A model generated the notes under the pieces. That model made no database searches, was not told the origin of the DNA, and was given only the letters and a program-made list of their open reading frames with translations. Below, piece by piece: positions 41,291 through 58,224 of a stretch of DNA of 64,000 nt. Source of the DNA: Eledone cirrhosa (Eukaryota); assembly GCA_964016885.1 (NCBI GenBank), contig OZ024743.1:198710001-198774000 (forward strand), read 5' to 3'. A program made the translations under genes and the position numbers. Within the stretch, counting starts at the first letter, position 1. Every line of letters starts with the position of its first letter.

Positions 41291-43156
41291 ACTAAAACCA
41301 GCGCACACCAGATCCGCTACTGCCAACTCCACCCACCTCGACCCCTAATACGACTACCACCATCACATTCACGCTTTCATTTCAACAACCACACCGCACC
41401 ACGAGTCACTGCTACCATCTCCACTCATCATCAATCATCACCACCGCCACCACTGCAGATACCACTACCACAGCTACTGCTACCACCAGAAGAGCACACC
41501 ACAACTACCTTATTAAAAGCACTAAATACCAAAAACCGCCACCACCATACTTCCTTCTCCACTATCACACTTCCATCCCCACCATCACTCACTAAAAGCC
41601 ACTACCACATTATTAAAAACCACCGCCATTTCCCTGCTCACCGTCCCTCATAAGGGGAAATGTTTTCAACCTAGTTTCAGGTGGTTATATTGGACTCGGT
41701 AGTGGTGTATGAAGGTACCAATTGTTATTACAAATACCATTGAATGTCAATAATTCAGTTGTTAACTTAAGATTATACACATCTGCTTAAGAAAAAAAGG
41801 GTGGTCAAATCTGTTCCTATTGACGCCTGTATATGTGTTTCTGTTTGCATAAATCTATGTATATACGTAGGGTGGGAGAGTGGCCGTGTCGCTAGAGTGT
41901 CGGGTAAAATAGTTTGCAGTATTTAGTTACTGCTCTTTACTTTCTGTGTTCAAATCCCACTGAGGTCAGCTTTGCTATTTATCCTTCAGAGGTCGTTGAT
42001 AAAATAATGAAGCAGTGAAGTAGGAGGGTCGAAGTGTTTGAATTTTCACTTCTCTATAAAATGTTTGGTCTTATAGTAAAATAAAATAAATCTATGTATG
42101 TACGTGTGTATATTCGTATGTATATATGTATGAACGCAAATGTGCGTGTAAGTGTATGTGAGCAAATATAAATATGGATGTGTGAAGGTGCGTGATCTAG
42201 CGTTTAAAATCATAGGTTCATCAGTTTCACTGCTGTATCATTGAACTTAGGTACTTTATTTCAGCGGCTGAGTATGGCTTGTGCCTCTAATTTAAAAGGG
42301 CAACCTTATCACTCGCTGTTGGTTATTCCTTTCATCCAATAATTAGAACATTCTTCATCGGAACCGACGGATGTCCAAGGCAACACAAATGTGCGTGTAG
42401 CTATGTAAGTGTGTATATGTAAATGTGTGTGGGGCTATATATATATATATTAATATATATACCTGAGAAGGTGCATGTACATTTATATGTGTAAAATCCT
42501 TGAGAAGTGGATGCGATCCGTTAGTTTTTAAAAAATGTACATGCATATCACGATGACCTCTCTATGATTTGTCTCAATCAAAAGTTATGGGTCCATAGAT
42601 GTATACATGTATACTTAAATTCAACATGAATACTTAAATTCTCTATATTGAAAACTTAAAATTCTAAATGTTATTTACTACAAAAAAATGTATATTGATT
42701 TCTGCCTAAAATTAAGTTGTTATATTTTATTTAGTTCGACTGACTTCAGCTAAACTTGAAACAAGTAGAAAATCAATTTTGTTATTATGTTTTTACATTG
42801 GATTTTGACATTATTGATTTATAGAAGAGAAAGATCAAAATTAAGATAGATTTAGTAAATAATGATTATTTTAGGAAAAAACCGGTGACTATATTATAAC
42901 TAGAAAGGTTAATGAAGGATTATATTGGAAGGTTTTAAATAGAATACACAGGTTAGAATACACACAGCTTAAATTAGCACTTTTATAACAGAACGACAGG
43001 TGATCTCAAGCAAGTAAGCGTCAAAAGGATTATCAAAATATCTTTAGGATGTTAAAAGAACCTGTGGGACACGTTGGTTGCCTTCAAAAACAACACACTA
43101 TTATTTTGATGACAAGTTCCGAGGTTTCATCAGTATTTAATTTGTCTACTTCAATG

Positions 43157-43345
43157 GTGATAATTGGCAGTATCGGTAGAGGGTCGGACGCCATGCTTTG
43201 CAGCACAGTTACGTCCCTTTACGGACTGAGTTCAAATCCCGCCGAGGTTAACTTTGCCTTTCATCCTTACGGGGTCGATAAAACAAAGTACCAGTAATAC
43301 TCTGGAATAATTGCTGGCCTTGTGCCAAAGGTAGAAACAATTATT
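43157..43345 (+). mobile_element. SINE (Deu/Nin-like family)
   Basis: Full consensus match. Confidence 0.88.
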
Positions 43346-43599
43346 TGTTTGAAGCAGTAGTTTTGGGTGAAATTAATTATTATAACGGATAAGGTTGTCT
43401 TTCTTCAGCATGAGACTACATATGTTAAGCAGATGTATAGTCGACATATTGTTTCTTAGTATATTACTGTCACATATATTATAGATTACCCTCTAGGTGA
43501 AAAAATGAATTCAGGCTTGGTGAATTCAGAAGGTAGAACGGTAAAGCTGAATATCGTTAGGCATCTAATTTATCATTCTACATTTTCGGCATATAATGG

Positions 43600-44102
43600 T
43601 ATCTGATTTAGGCACAAGGCCAACAATTTTTGAGGAAAATCGATTAAATTGCTCCCAGAGCTTTACTGGTACTTTATTTTATCGAACCCGTAAGGATGAA
43701 AGGCTAAGTAAACCTCGGCGGGATTTGAAATCAGACCATAAAGGGCCGTAACTCTTTGCTGCAAAACATGGCGTAATCTTATTTAATTGTTTCTACTTTT
43801 GGCACAAGGCCAGCAATTATCCCAGTGCGGGATTTGAAGTCAGACCATAAAGTGCCGTAACTTTTGTTGCAAAGCATGGCGTCCGACCCTCTACCGATAC
43901 TGCCAATCCACCGCGTAATCTTATATAATTGTTTCTACTTTTGGCACAAGGCCAGCTATTAGCCAGTACATTACTGGTACTTTATTTTATCGACCCCGTA
44001 AGGATGAAAGGCGGGATTTGAACTCAGACCGTAAAGGGACGTAACTATGCTGGAAAGCATGGCGTCCGACTCTCTACCGATACTGCCAATCCACCACCCT
44101 TA
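43600..44102 (-). mobile_element. Stack of three SINEs, two with internal deletions
   Basis: Reverse-complement consensus. gcgtaatcttat.taattgtttctac is repeated at ~43771 and ~43913. Confidence 0.85.
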
Positions 44103-45008
44103 TATAATGAATAATAAACATATGGAGCTATAGCACAGAAGATTTGACCGAGGAATTTGTGTATTTAAGAAATATCTGTTAATTCAGTCATATTCCATAA
44201 ACATGTATGTATGCAGAAATATGATTCAGGATTCAATCGATCAAATCATCTTCAATGCGTAACTTATCGATCACTGAAGGATAAAAACCGAATTAGATTT
44301 CAGCAAATTCAAAATCAGAACAGGAAATATCGTAAATAAATATATCATTTTAGTTTGTCTGATACTGAACTGATAAACTAATACATCGTCCATTTTACTA
44401 ATCTGCCGCTCTTGGTCATTTTAAAATTCCTGCACGATAATCTATTACCATCTATTTCCCATCCCTATGCACCGTGTGATTGCCTTTCAGATAACTGTAA
44501 ACATGTTTGACTCTGTTAGTATATTTTCCATTTATTAAGAATAGTGTGCTCTAGAACTAGCACATATCACCAGCTAACTATTCAATTTATTTTGTATGGA
44601 GACATGCAAATATCAAATTTGAAGGAATATTTCGTAATCCCCCAGGTTTCTGTTTTTTATCAATGGTCACTACTACCCGCCTCTGTAAAAACAAATTTAA
44701 CGTGGACTCTATACCTCATGACAAACACCATTGGAGTGACAACGAATTGAAATCAAATTATATTGTTATGTCCATAACTAAACCTGTTTTTTATGCCATC
44801 GATGAAAGCTTTAGCAATTCTATCTAGCAATAATAGAAACCCGAGAAAATCTAGTGTACTCTAAAGTTCCATTAACGTAGCAAATCACTGGGGCATTTGA
44901 TTGAAAATATGGCTTACTACGCTTCAAGTTCAAATCTTGGTCAACTTTACATGTCATCGTTTCGATATCGATAAATAAAGCACCACTCCAGTACTGGGGT
45001 TTATTCTT

Positions 45009-45062
<54 letters not shown>

Positions 45063-45145
45063 CCCTCTCTCTCTCTCTCTCTCTTTTTTTATTTATCTCT
45101 CTGTCTCTCTCTCTCCCTTTCTCTCTCCCCTTTCTCCCCCCCCCA

Positions 45146-45185
<40 letters not shown>

Positions 45186-45559
45186 TCTCTCTCTCTGCAA
45201 GAGGTTGGCTGTGTTCCAGCGCCGCCAAGTTTAAAGACCCATGGGATGATGAGTATCCTGACGGTGCCCCTACGACTCCATCCAATATTATTCATCTATT
45301 TGATAAATTGACTACACTCCAACATACCCTCAAGAAAAGTAAATGCACAAACATCATCCACATGCAAACCAAACATATGTTGCATTGTTCACATGAAATT
45401 ATTAACCCAGAAAGATTAAATCTTTATAAATTCAAAGTGATTCTGGGGAAAAAATGAAATATGTCTATTTTTTTACATTTTTAATTACGCATCGACTAAA
45501 ATTCAAGAAATTACTGAGAAGCGAAACGACCAAAACAGAGAGAACATAATTCAAAGAGT

Positions 45560-45775
45560 GAGAATATGGCAATTGATATTTCTTTTGAATTTGTGGAAAT
45601 TGAAGTGCTCAGGAAAGCAAAACGATGGGAGAGAATTGCACGAGCGAAGAGTACGATGGAAGAAACTATTGGGATGATATTTGCGATTACATTTCAGAGC
45701 TTCAACTGTAAAAGTATAAGACAAAGCCGCGAATCTGGTACTATGTTTACTCTCCTGTCGTCAATTCATTAATTC
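45560..45775 (-). mobile_element. CR1/L2/Jockey-type LINE 3' end fragment
   Basis: Minus-strand translation ...HPNSFFHRTLRSCNSLPSFCFPEHFNFHKFKRNIN matches the SFFxRT..WNxLP...FK terminal motif. Confidence 0.65.
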
Positions 45776-46447
45776 ACTCTAAGATTTATTACGTAATTAA
45801 ATTTACTGCAGTCAGACTTCGATATTTAGATTTATATGTCTTTGGGATATTTTATTTTTAAAATTCCATGATTGTTGATATTTATGCATCTGTTTGGAAA
45901 CTTAGAAACCTTTACTGTAATGGGGAAACATTTCGAAGATATTATTCCAGTATTGTGTAGATAATAAACAAAACACAAACAAAAGATATACGTTTGAAGA
46001 CATAATCAATACATAGTACTCCAATAATAATCCATCTCGGATATAAAAGACATCCTTCAACATACATAACCATTTTATCAAACCTCAACTGAAGAACAAG
46101 AAAGATGTGACGGGGTCCGGAGTACAATTTGTTAATAAACAAGAAATCAAAACCAAAAATGAAATTCCACATCAAAGAAAACAGGAGAAATTGACTTCAT
46201 TTATGAGTGGTAGAACAGCTTTTCTGCTATTCACTTAATTGACTTTAGCATTCACTCATCCATTCTATGGGATAATGGCTCACAATTCTCTCGCACATAG
46301 CATCCATAGTGTGTACTACAAAGGAGATTCGTTCATCGTGGATGCATTGCTTCTTCAAGCAAGTCTTTCACTTCATCTTTCTTCTTCTTACACATTTTTT
46401 TTTAATCTTTCAGTCGAACTATATGTGACTCTTTCTTTGCCTGAAAT

Positions 46448-46695
<248 letters not shown>

Positions 46696-46726
46696 CATAT
46701 ATATATATAGATATACATATACACAC

Positions 46727-46860
46727 ATATGTCAGAGCATATAATCACGCCGAGATATTTATACGTATATAAGCTCAAACAAACACACATATAATGTACA
46801 TAATATATATATATATATACACATACACACACACACACACAGACACACACACGCACATAC

Positions 46861-46891
<31 letters not shown>

Positions 46892-47057
46892 AGTGTATAT
46901 GAAATATATATGTGTAAATTATACATATAATATATATTCCTACAAGCACACACACACACACTCATACACACACACACATATATATATATATAATATGTGT
47001 GTTTATATGTGTTTATATACGTATAAACATCTCTGTGTGATTATGTGTTCTGACATA
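46727..47057. repeat. ~65-bp imperfect inverted repeat enclosing microsatellites
   Basis: tatgtcagagcatataatcacgccgagatatttatacgtatataa pairs with ttatatacgtataaacatctctgtgtgattatgtgttctgacata. Confidence 0.65.
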
Positions 47058-47201
47058 AAGACAGTGTTTACCATTTAACAGGAAATGAAATACCCAGCAC
47101 AGTTCAATATGTTTATAAATTATTCATTGGAAATAGATTTTTTTATATTTGTTTAGTAATACAGTTTTATATTCTGTTGTTCATACATATTAATACTTGT
47201 G

Positions 47202-47258
<57 letters not shown>

Positions 47259-47299
47259 ACATATGTATATATAAATATAAAATAAATATATATATGTAT

Positions 47300-47330
<31 letters not shown>

Positions 47331-47639
47331 GGTTTTATATATATATACATATATATGCATGTATACATATGGAACCAGCCGTACATTATACTTATATATA
47401 TTTGTAATATATGTATTACATATGTATGTTCATATTACACATACACACATGCGTACACACACACGCATACATAATTACATACGTACATACGTACGTACAT
47501 ACATAAATACTTACATACATACATACATACATATATACCTATATGCATTTACATACGTATGTACCTATATAGAAAGAGAACTTTGCTACCATCTGTGTGA
47601 TTATTTTGCTCAACATGCAAGATAGAAGTAGGTAGATAT

Positions 47640-48478
47640 TACATACGGTGTACTTAGTGTGAACTATTAATGTACACGAAGCATACTGGGATGGCATGCA
47701 GTCTAACCGAGACGGAAGAATTCATATGCGGCAGACACACAAGAGTTGTAAGCAGTCAGATCATAATCGAAATAGATTCATTCCAAGGAACAGAAGGTTA
47801 CGTAGAATTTCTTGATAACTTCAACCACTTAGTGTGAACCCTGAAAGCATAATAGGTAGGGGTGTCACATAATTATTACCACTACTAATAAGATAGAGCT
47901 TCTCACTCGGAGTGATCATCAGATTGTATCTTGCTTGTGCACGAATCGCATTACTGAATGTTAGTCAGACGTTGGCCTCGAATGCAGGAGTTCTTAAAAT
48001 CTCAAAATTAAATGGAGCCGTCATCGTTTTCTGAATACGATGTGGTGAAGGCAGATGTAAGACAGTAGAAGGTAAAGGCCGAAATACTCGCTTGAGTGTA
48101 GTTTCTTCTCTGAAGACCTGCTGCCCAGCTCTTCTGTGAGTTTCTTATCACTATGAAAGATGGAGCATTGAAAGGCGTATAGAAAAACTGGATATTAGAT
48201 GTATCATATACACAGTGGGAAAGAGAAGACTGTGTTGATATGGGACTGTAATGTTTGTAGCGGATGCCAGTTGTTTAAGGACCAGTCGAGCTCTCAAAAG
48301 GGATGGAACCTATAAAATAAATGCCTAGAAAAATATAGTATGATCTGGTGAAGGCAGATGTCAGAAAGGAGAATTTCATGAAAGCTATCACAAAGTGTCG
48401 TAGTGATTAGCAATACCCGGTGCTGAAGAAGACCCGGCTACTTCTGCAAGCATAGCCAAACACACATTTAAATGATCG
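47640..48478 (+). mobile_element. Highly decayed RTE-type LINE 3' portion
   Basis: Remnants of RRL.WYG.V and V..D motifs. The end gaagaagacccggctacttctgcaagcatag...ttaaatgat resembles the SINE tail at 12520-12585. Confidence 0.55.
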
Positions 48479-48758
48479 AGGTAGGAATGTAAAACTTACC
48501 TGTATTTGGGCTTTTACTCAATATATTGCGGGAGCAATGATAAAATGCACCTTGTACACTTTGTTATGAAGCTGATATCAAGAAGGGTATCTAGCCACAG
48601 AAAATATGCCAATACAAAAGGAACGTAACATCGTTTATGAAAGTAACTCAAATCTTGATGAAACATCAAAGTTAAGCGAATATAAAAGGCGGACATAAAT
48701 GATTTCAGGTTATATACGTATGTTCCTGTTCACGTGCACACATTCATACGCATTCACA

Positions 48759-48798
<40 letters not shown>

Positions 48799-48813
48799 CT
48801 CTCTCCCTCTTTA

Positions 48814-48852
<39 letters not shown>

Positions 48853-48884
48853 CCCTCTCCCTCTCTCTTTCTCTATCTCTCTTT

Positions 48885-49010
<126 letters not shown>

Positions 49011-50765
49011 GGGATCGCAAACGCGTGCGATCCCACGCATGGCTTAATAACTGGCACGACCGAAACTACATGGAAAAGATCGAACGGACCACACCCTGCG
49101 ACCACTAGCTGTTTGATCTGCAGGTCCATCTCCCAGGGAGTGCACACAGCTGATAGTGAATCCCAGTTGATTCGTGAACTCGGAACTTTTCAACAGGACC
49201 AACTGTGCCTGGAGCTATGCAGATGATTGCACGCGCACAATGGATATCGCACCTACAAGGTCACCTGTATTGTTCACCTTGCTGTATGTGTGTAAAGTAT
49301 CCGTGTGTGGGATATCCCTGAGTAAATTTGCTTGACTGTTAATTGTTTATTGATTGTTTGTTAATTAGGCAGGAATATATTATTACATCTTTGTTAATCC
49401 TATATTAATAATTTTTTGATAATACATTATTAGATTACTGAAGCTATTTAATACCTTCTTAAAAATACATTTTATAATTATTGTCTTTTTGCTTATATAT
49501 TTTCTTACTTATCCTTTTCTTTAATCATCGAGCCCAACTTGATAAGCTCTTTGAATTGCTCCTTAATTAGATTACTTAAATTACTTTATTTATTATACCT
49601 AAGTTGTTGTATCTGTTGAAGCAACCCTTTGGAAATTCCTCGGATCTCCCCAATCCCGTAATTTTTAATTTGTAATTTTCCTCAATTCATTTATATATAT
49701 TTTTAAAGGTTCTCTAAAATGTTAATTCTTTGAAGGGTCTTTCGGAAGAGGTTTTTATTAAAAATATTAAAGGGGCCTTTTCTGAGGGATTTTTTGAAGG
49801 CTTTTTGAATTAACCTTTAATTGATTAATTTCTTTCAACTACTTATTTCTTAATTTTTAAAATTAAATTTAATGTTCAACCTCTTAATCTTTAATTTTTA
49901 ATCTTGGATATATAAGATTGCTTAATCTTAAATTCATTAATTTTTTTAATTTCTGGGTTTGGAACTCTTAATCCTAACTTAAATCTTAATCTTTATATTA
50001 TGGATTCCCTAAATCATTAACTTTATTAACCTCTTAAATCTTATTGAAAGTTTTTTTCCCTAACTTTTAATTTTTGAGTTTAGAACTTTCGTAGGGATTA
50101 TTAAATCTTCGTAAACTTTCTTAAATTGTTTAAGGGAATTTCTTAGAAAAATTTTTTTGAAGGAATTTTTTAGGAAACTCTTTATTTTTTTATTCTCTTA
50201 ATCTCTTCTGGTTCTTTAGGTTTATTGGGGCTTGTAAGCTTTATGCGTTTATTGAGGGATTTTTTTAAGGTGCTTTTAAGAGATCCCAAGTCTTTTACTT
50301 TTAGTACTTATAAATTCTTTAATTTTTAACCTTCAATCCCTAACTTTTAGGCCCTTTTCAAATTCTCTTAATTCCCTATAACCCATCCCTTTTACAACTC
50401 CTACAACTCATCCCTTTTACAACTCCTACAACTAATATAAAAGAGCCCCCTTAGAATATAGACCCCAAATATACAAGCTGAGCTGTTGATGTATACCACG
50501 ATTTCAAACTGCTAATCTTGAGTGAAACGTTGATGAAAATAACGAACTTACAATTACCTGTTATATGCCTTGAAAAGTACCACCATATGGTCGGACGAAA
50601 CGGCTGTCGGCAATAAACTTGTTATAATGTCATAAAAGTTCCTTTGTTCTTTTTCCTTAATATTTCTGCTCTGCTTATACGCATAGAGCTTAACTAGCTA
50701 CCGTCACATATTTGGTAGGTCAGGCGTGATCATCGCGATTTACGTACGACCTACCATACATCTTG

Positions 50766-50768
<3 letters not shown>
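49011..50768 (+). mobile_element. 1.76-kb non-coding insert in (TA)n with terminal hairpins and a hammerhead
   Basis: 5' hairpin gggatcgca..tgcgatccc; 3' hairpin tggtaggtc..gacctacca; hammerhead at 50566-50612; (TA)n on both sides. Confidence 0.55.
50566..50612 (+). ncRNA. Hammerhead with mutated core
   Basis: tgcc-TTGAAAA-gtacc accatatggt cggac-GAAA-cggctg-TC-ggca. Confidence 0.65.
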
Positions 50769-50814
<46 letters not shown>

Positions 50815-51534
50815 CGAATATTAAAACTCTCCTGCGGTTTTGAGTACTCCATTCTTTCAGTTGTCAACCACATACGTATATATATATATATCTAACAGTT
50901 ATAAATGTGAAGAGCAAATAGACTTATGTTTCTTCAAATCCCAACGGCACAGTTTTATTGATTGTTGTACAGCCAAGGTGCAACAAATATGTACTCGGGC
51001 CGTGAGGGTTTCGGTTTGTCAAGGGAGTCCTTCAAAGAAAGGAAAATTCTCCTAACTGACCGCTACCAGTGAAAATTTCGAGAGGGAGAATTATCCTGTG
51101 GCATAAAGTCAGCAGAAATGTAGTAAAGTGTAGGTATTTGGGGGTAATAGATTTGCTAGAAGAATCAGTCTATTGCAGCTTAATCTTTTCTCAACCAAAG
51201 GAGAGTTAGAACAAATTAATAAGATGCATATAGGGTTGGATTTAGACCTTGGGGACCCGGGACACATCAGGTTTGGTGGGGGCTTCCGACACAAAAAAAA
51301 ATATAAAACACAGCATCCACCCAATTTTTCATATCAAAGTTAGTTTGGCAAGTAATTGGAATTGAAAAGTCATATATAGAGGTATTAAATTCAAAACGTA
51401 TAACCATCCTAAAATTTAACAGCCCGGCTGAGGATACGAATAAATTGGTACGGTACTGAAAAAATTATAAACACACACACACATATATATATATATATAT
51501 TATATATATATATATGTCTGTGTGTGTGAGTGTA

Positions 51535-51636
<102 letters not shown>

Positions 51637-51800
51637 GTTTATAATTTGGTGTCCATCCTTCACTAGTTTTGATAGATGAATCAATGAATTAAATAAAAAA
51701 TCAATTAATCAGAACTATATAAAATTAAAAGTCTGAAAAGCAAATAAACAAAACTTGACTTAAATGTTCATCTTGTAATATATATATATATATATACATA

Positions 51801-51950
<150 letters not shown>

Positions 51951-52086
51951 ATATATTGTTATATTTGTGGAGGGTCATATTGTTATAGTATTCCCATCAT
52001 ATATATATATATATTATATATGATGGCAATATTATAACAATATGACTGAAGCACATGTAGGAACACCGTAAACTTGCTTCAAAACC

Positions 52087-52169
<83 letters not shown>

Positions 52170-52445
52170 TGTATAGTATATATGTATAGAATTAGTATAT
52201 CTACCAACATATGTATACAGATGTGTAGCTATGCTAGCAAAATATATAGGTTTTGTCTTAGTAACTTTGTGGTTCAATGCCAAGGGGATGCTGAACAATT
52301 ATATGAAAAACGTATGAAAAACGCCTGAGATTGAGGCTGCTGCTACTGCTGCTACCGATGGTGGTGGTGGAGGTGGTGGTGGTAGTGACAATGACACTGA
52401 TGACAGTAGTGGTGTAGATGCAAGTAATAAACAACATTTAGCATC

Positions 52446-52544
<99 letters not shown>

Positions 52545-52862
52545 TATATATAGATATATAAACGGAAAAAATGAAACAAAATTTCATTTCCCACTCTTAG
52601 TACGGCTGTTACTTAAATATATGTATACAGACGTACAGTAGTATGTATATATATACATAGCATGCACACACATATATATATATATATGCACGTATGGATT
52701 CACCGAACATTTATTATAATGCTCGGTGTGTTTGTAAACAAACATCCCGTATTAAGCCGTAGTGTCTAGCAACCATCGTTGCTCGTTGTTCAACACTGAT
52801 AAAATAAAATAAAATAAAATAAAATAAATAAGTCAAATGTTTAAAATTTGGCTTCGTTTATT

Positions 52863-52917
52863 ACTGCTATATATATTTCGGTGACAGCCATCTTTGGTTG
52901 TGACCTCTTCAGGCAGT
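52863..52917 (-). ncRNA. Type I hammerhead ribozyme (intact)
   Basis: Minus strand: actgc-CTGAAGA-ggtcacaacca aaga tggctgtcacc-GAAA-tatata-TA-gcagt. Perfect stem I, palindromic stem III, AUA triplet. Confidence 0.85.
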
Positions 52918-53050
52918 CCGAATTTGTGTGGTAGAGACGAGTACACATGTTGTTGAGGTGTATAACTTTGTCAAACCAACCTGCGCACTTCGTCGAGTGC
53001 TCCAATCTGCATACTGAGTGGTGGTATACAACCAACATATACTCAAAATT

Positions 53051-53089
<39 letters not shown>

Positions 53090-53209
53090 GGTTTTGGAAG
53101 CAAGGTTACGGTGTTTGCTACACGTCGTTCAGTCCAACAGCATGGCACACTCTCTACTATGCCTTGTGAGTGGAAAATCGTATACACATTTATATATACA
53201 CACACCCAT

Positions 53210-53281
<72 letters not shown>

Positions 53282-53296
53282 TGTGTGTGTGTGTGA

Positions 53297-54553
<1,257 letters not shown>

Positions 54554-54656
54554 TATAATATATATATTTATATATATGCATATATATATATATTTATATA
54601 TATGCATATATATATATATTTATATATATGCATATATATATATATATATATATATA

Positions 54657-54727
<71 letters not shown>

Positions 54728-55169
54728 CATAGGTTTGTATGTTATTTAGGTGAATATTCTCTGACGCTTTTTATTTATACTTATAATTTTTTGTATGATT
54801 GTCTTTTGTTTTTTGTTTTTTACTGTATATAATGGGTTTTTTTTTCTTTTTGTTTATTGTTATTTTTTTTTTTCTTCTTCTTCCATTACTATTGAAATGA
54901 AATATGACAACATTGCGAATGTATTGACTTCAAAGACAAAATAGAATCTTTTATGTCATTTCCTCTAGCTATAATACTAATTGATTGATTGGTTGGACAA
55001 AATTATGCTTATGTTTGTTAATCTGTGTTAAGTACATCCAAGAATACTAACTAAATTTCATTCCCATTATCATTAATTGTAAGCATTCAGTCTATTGATT
55101 CATTTTCCAATAGAAATCTTCCTTTTAATTTGTTAGTGTGTCTAGAATTTATCTGTTCATAAATCTTGT

Positions 55170-55262
<93 letters not shown>

Positions 55263-56125
55263 ATTCAGTTTATTTCTCTCTATCTCTATTTTCAACTATC
55301 TATCTCCCTTTCCTCTGTGTCTCTCTCTATTTCTCTATATATCCCCTGTCCATCTAGCTATCTCTCCCCTCTCCCTCTCTATTTGTTCTATATATCTCTG
55401 TCCATCCGAGAAAATTTATCCCTCCTTTGACTTCCATTACTGAGCATTAAATTAACCAACGCGAGAGATTGAGGCTGTTGCTACTGCTGCTACTGCTGGT
55501 GGTGGTGTGGTGGTGGTTGGTGGTGGTGGTGGTGGTGGTGGTGGTGACCATGACACTGATGACAGTAGTGGGGGTTGATGCAAGTAATAAACACATTACT
55601 GATATTTAGCATCAAAATTAACTACGATATAATGCGCCAATGAACGACGATCTAGCTTTTATACAATCAACGCTAAGTTTTAATTGCCGAATCTGTTTCA
55701 AGATACTGCCAGTCATATTTAAAATATTCCACTGAGGGAACCATTATGTGGTCTACCAAACAGTGAAATAGCAGCTAAGTTAATATTTAATCTCACCCCA
55801 CCATCAACATATTAGATTATGTTGATCCAGCTACAGCCTCTCTACAGAAACAAACAAAATTAAGATACAAATATTATATTGATCGTAGAAATCTTTAACC
55901 AGACGTGACCAGTGACTAATCAGTAACAACTATAACAACTAAACCTTGATGTAATGTTATATTTGTGGATAGTCATGTTAACCTAATATTGCGAAAAATA
56001 GTAAAACACACTCACTGCTTGGTTTGCTTTTCGCTTCAGTTTCAGTATATTTTTTTATGTTTCTATAATTTAGCTGGCAATCAATATTTATCATTGATTG
56101 CTCAAAAATAAAAAAAATATATATT

Positions 56126-56175
56126 TTCTCAAGGATCTTTCGGCACACATTTTCATATGACATCTTCAGTGATAA
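56126..56175 (-). ncRNA. Degenerate hammerhead in an older copy (55955-56230) of the 34677 family
   Basis: Minus strand: ttatca-CTGAAGA-tgtcatat gaaa atgtgtgcc-GAAA-gatcct-tgagaa. Confidence 0.55.
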
Positions 56176-56764
56176 TTGTTGTGTTTCCTTCCTTTGTGTT
56201 TCGATATGCATGATTATACTCATTACAGATAATATGTCAGTATATACGTTACAGATAAGGATGGTGAATTTGAAAGATTGATCGAGCAGAGGATAAAATG
56301 CTAGTGTGCTGTATTCAAATCACGCCGAGATCAACTTTATTTTTCCCCATTTCGGGATCAACTAAGTAAAGTTCCAGTCAAATATTGTGGTTGATTTTTT
56401 CAACTTTGTTCTTCCGCCTAATTCACTGGCCTTGAGATTAAATTAGACATCAATACACAGTTTACCGTAAATGGTAGTATTTAATCTAACCCAGCATGCA
56501 TTTACTTCCTCATTATTAACATTTGTAAGGAGGGTTAACCAACAAAGAAAACTTTACGAGGTCGTCTATATTAGTAAAATTATTAAATATAACAGATAAA
56601 CTATTGCCTATGAAAATTAATAGTTAGCTACAATTTAACAATCAACATGAAATAATTCTAATTTAATATTCCTCTAATTAAAATACTTGAAAGCAAATTG
56701 GCACACTTTAGCATCATATCATCATTTTTGTTGTAGATTTCATATATATATATATATATTGTAG

Positions 56765-56863
<99 letters not shown>

Positions 56864-58224
56864 TGCGCGCCTGTGTGTGTGTGTTTCTGAGTCTATATAT
56901 GTGTGCGTTTGCATATCTATGTGTGCGTGTGTAAAGCGAATTAGCAGAGTCGTTAGCACGTCGGATACAATGCATTGCGGTATTCGCTCCGAATTTTATG
57001 CGCTCTGACTTCCAATTTGTCCGAGGCAACCTTTGATTTGCTTCTTATTTAGGTTGATAAATGAAGTATCGGACCATTACTGATATGGTGAATGATATGG
57101 TGAAGTCGATATCCTGTATCGCGTAATAGGTCACCCGGAGTGTAGTGCCTTTCATTTCAGTTCATCCATGCTTAGGTTTGTCAAAAGAGAGGAGTGAACT
57201 GCTAAAGTGAACTCTGCCATGAGTCACTGTTCCCAGACTAGACGCTGCTGAGCGGAATGCATGAACCCCGCTGGTTGTATAATGATGTACATGAAGTATA
57301 CAGCGAAACTGAATGCGTTGTTGATGACCACTTGTGACTTTTGTGGGATTTTATGAAGGAGCTCGATGAGCAGCCAGTTGCTTTCGATTGTGCTGGTATA
57401 TAGTCTTATTTGTCAATTAAAATATATCTAGCATTTTATCTACCAATGCATAATTTTATAATTTTTAAATAAGTTATTATATGATTTGTGTCGAAATTTG
57501 ACTGCAATACTGGCTGATAGATATATTATCGATAGATCATTATTGCTGTTGTTATTATTGTTGTTGCCTAAACTGAAGTAGATTTTGATCAAGCAGGTCA
57601 CTGATCAAATTCATTTCAGCTCTGAACATTTCATCACCATTTTCCAGACAGTTAGTGTATCGTTTTAAGAATTTAGAATAGGATATTATAGAACTTTATC
57701 AAGAGGAAAGTGACCTAGAGACACTTTTCTTGGTGCAGGATTGTTACATTATTACAGGTTGGTAAAGAAAACAATCAGGTATTCTGGAAACCTTTGTCTA
57801 CCCTAATCTTGACATTCATATTGCGCCAATCCTTCATGCTAAACTAGAATTTGGTGTCTAAAATACTTTGTCCCTCTTTTATAAATTCTAGTGAATTTTT
57901 TTACAAACAGTTGTTAGTTTTAATTCTTAAAGTGCTGTATCGTATAAAACTGCATTATCACGGCATTCCTGCGCAAAATAGTACTGTGAGTGCATCACAA
58001 TATTATCTCTTATATTACGAATTTTTGCAACATAAGATGTTATGAGATAATAAACGTTTTAAGTGACTATGCATAACATATTCACTGGCTCCACAGCTAG
58101 AAATTTCTTTTTTCTAACGGCTATGTCAATCAGAATCTATTTTACAAATTAGTGTATCTATTTATCCTATAGGGAGTGAGACATAATATTAATATCTCAG
58201 ACAAGGTACCTATATCTTTTGATT

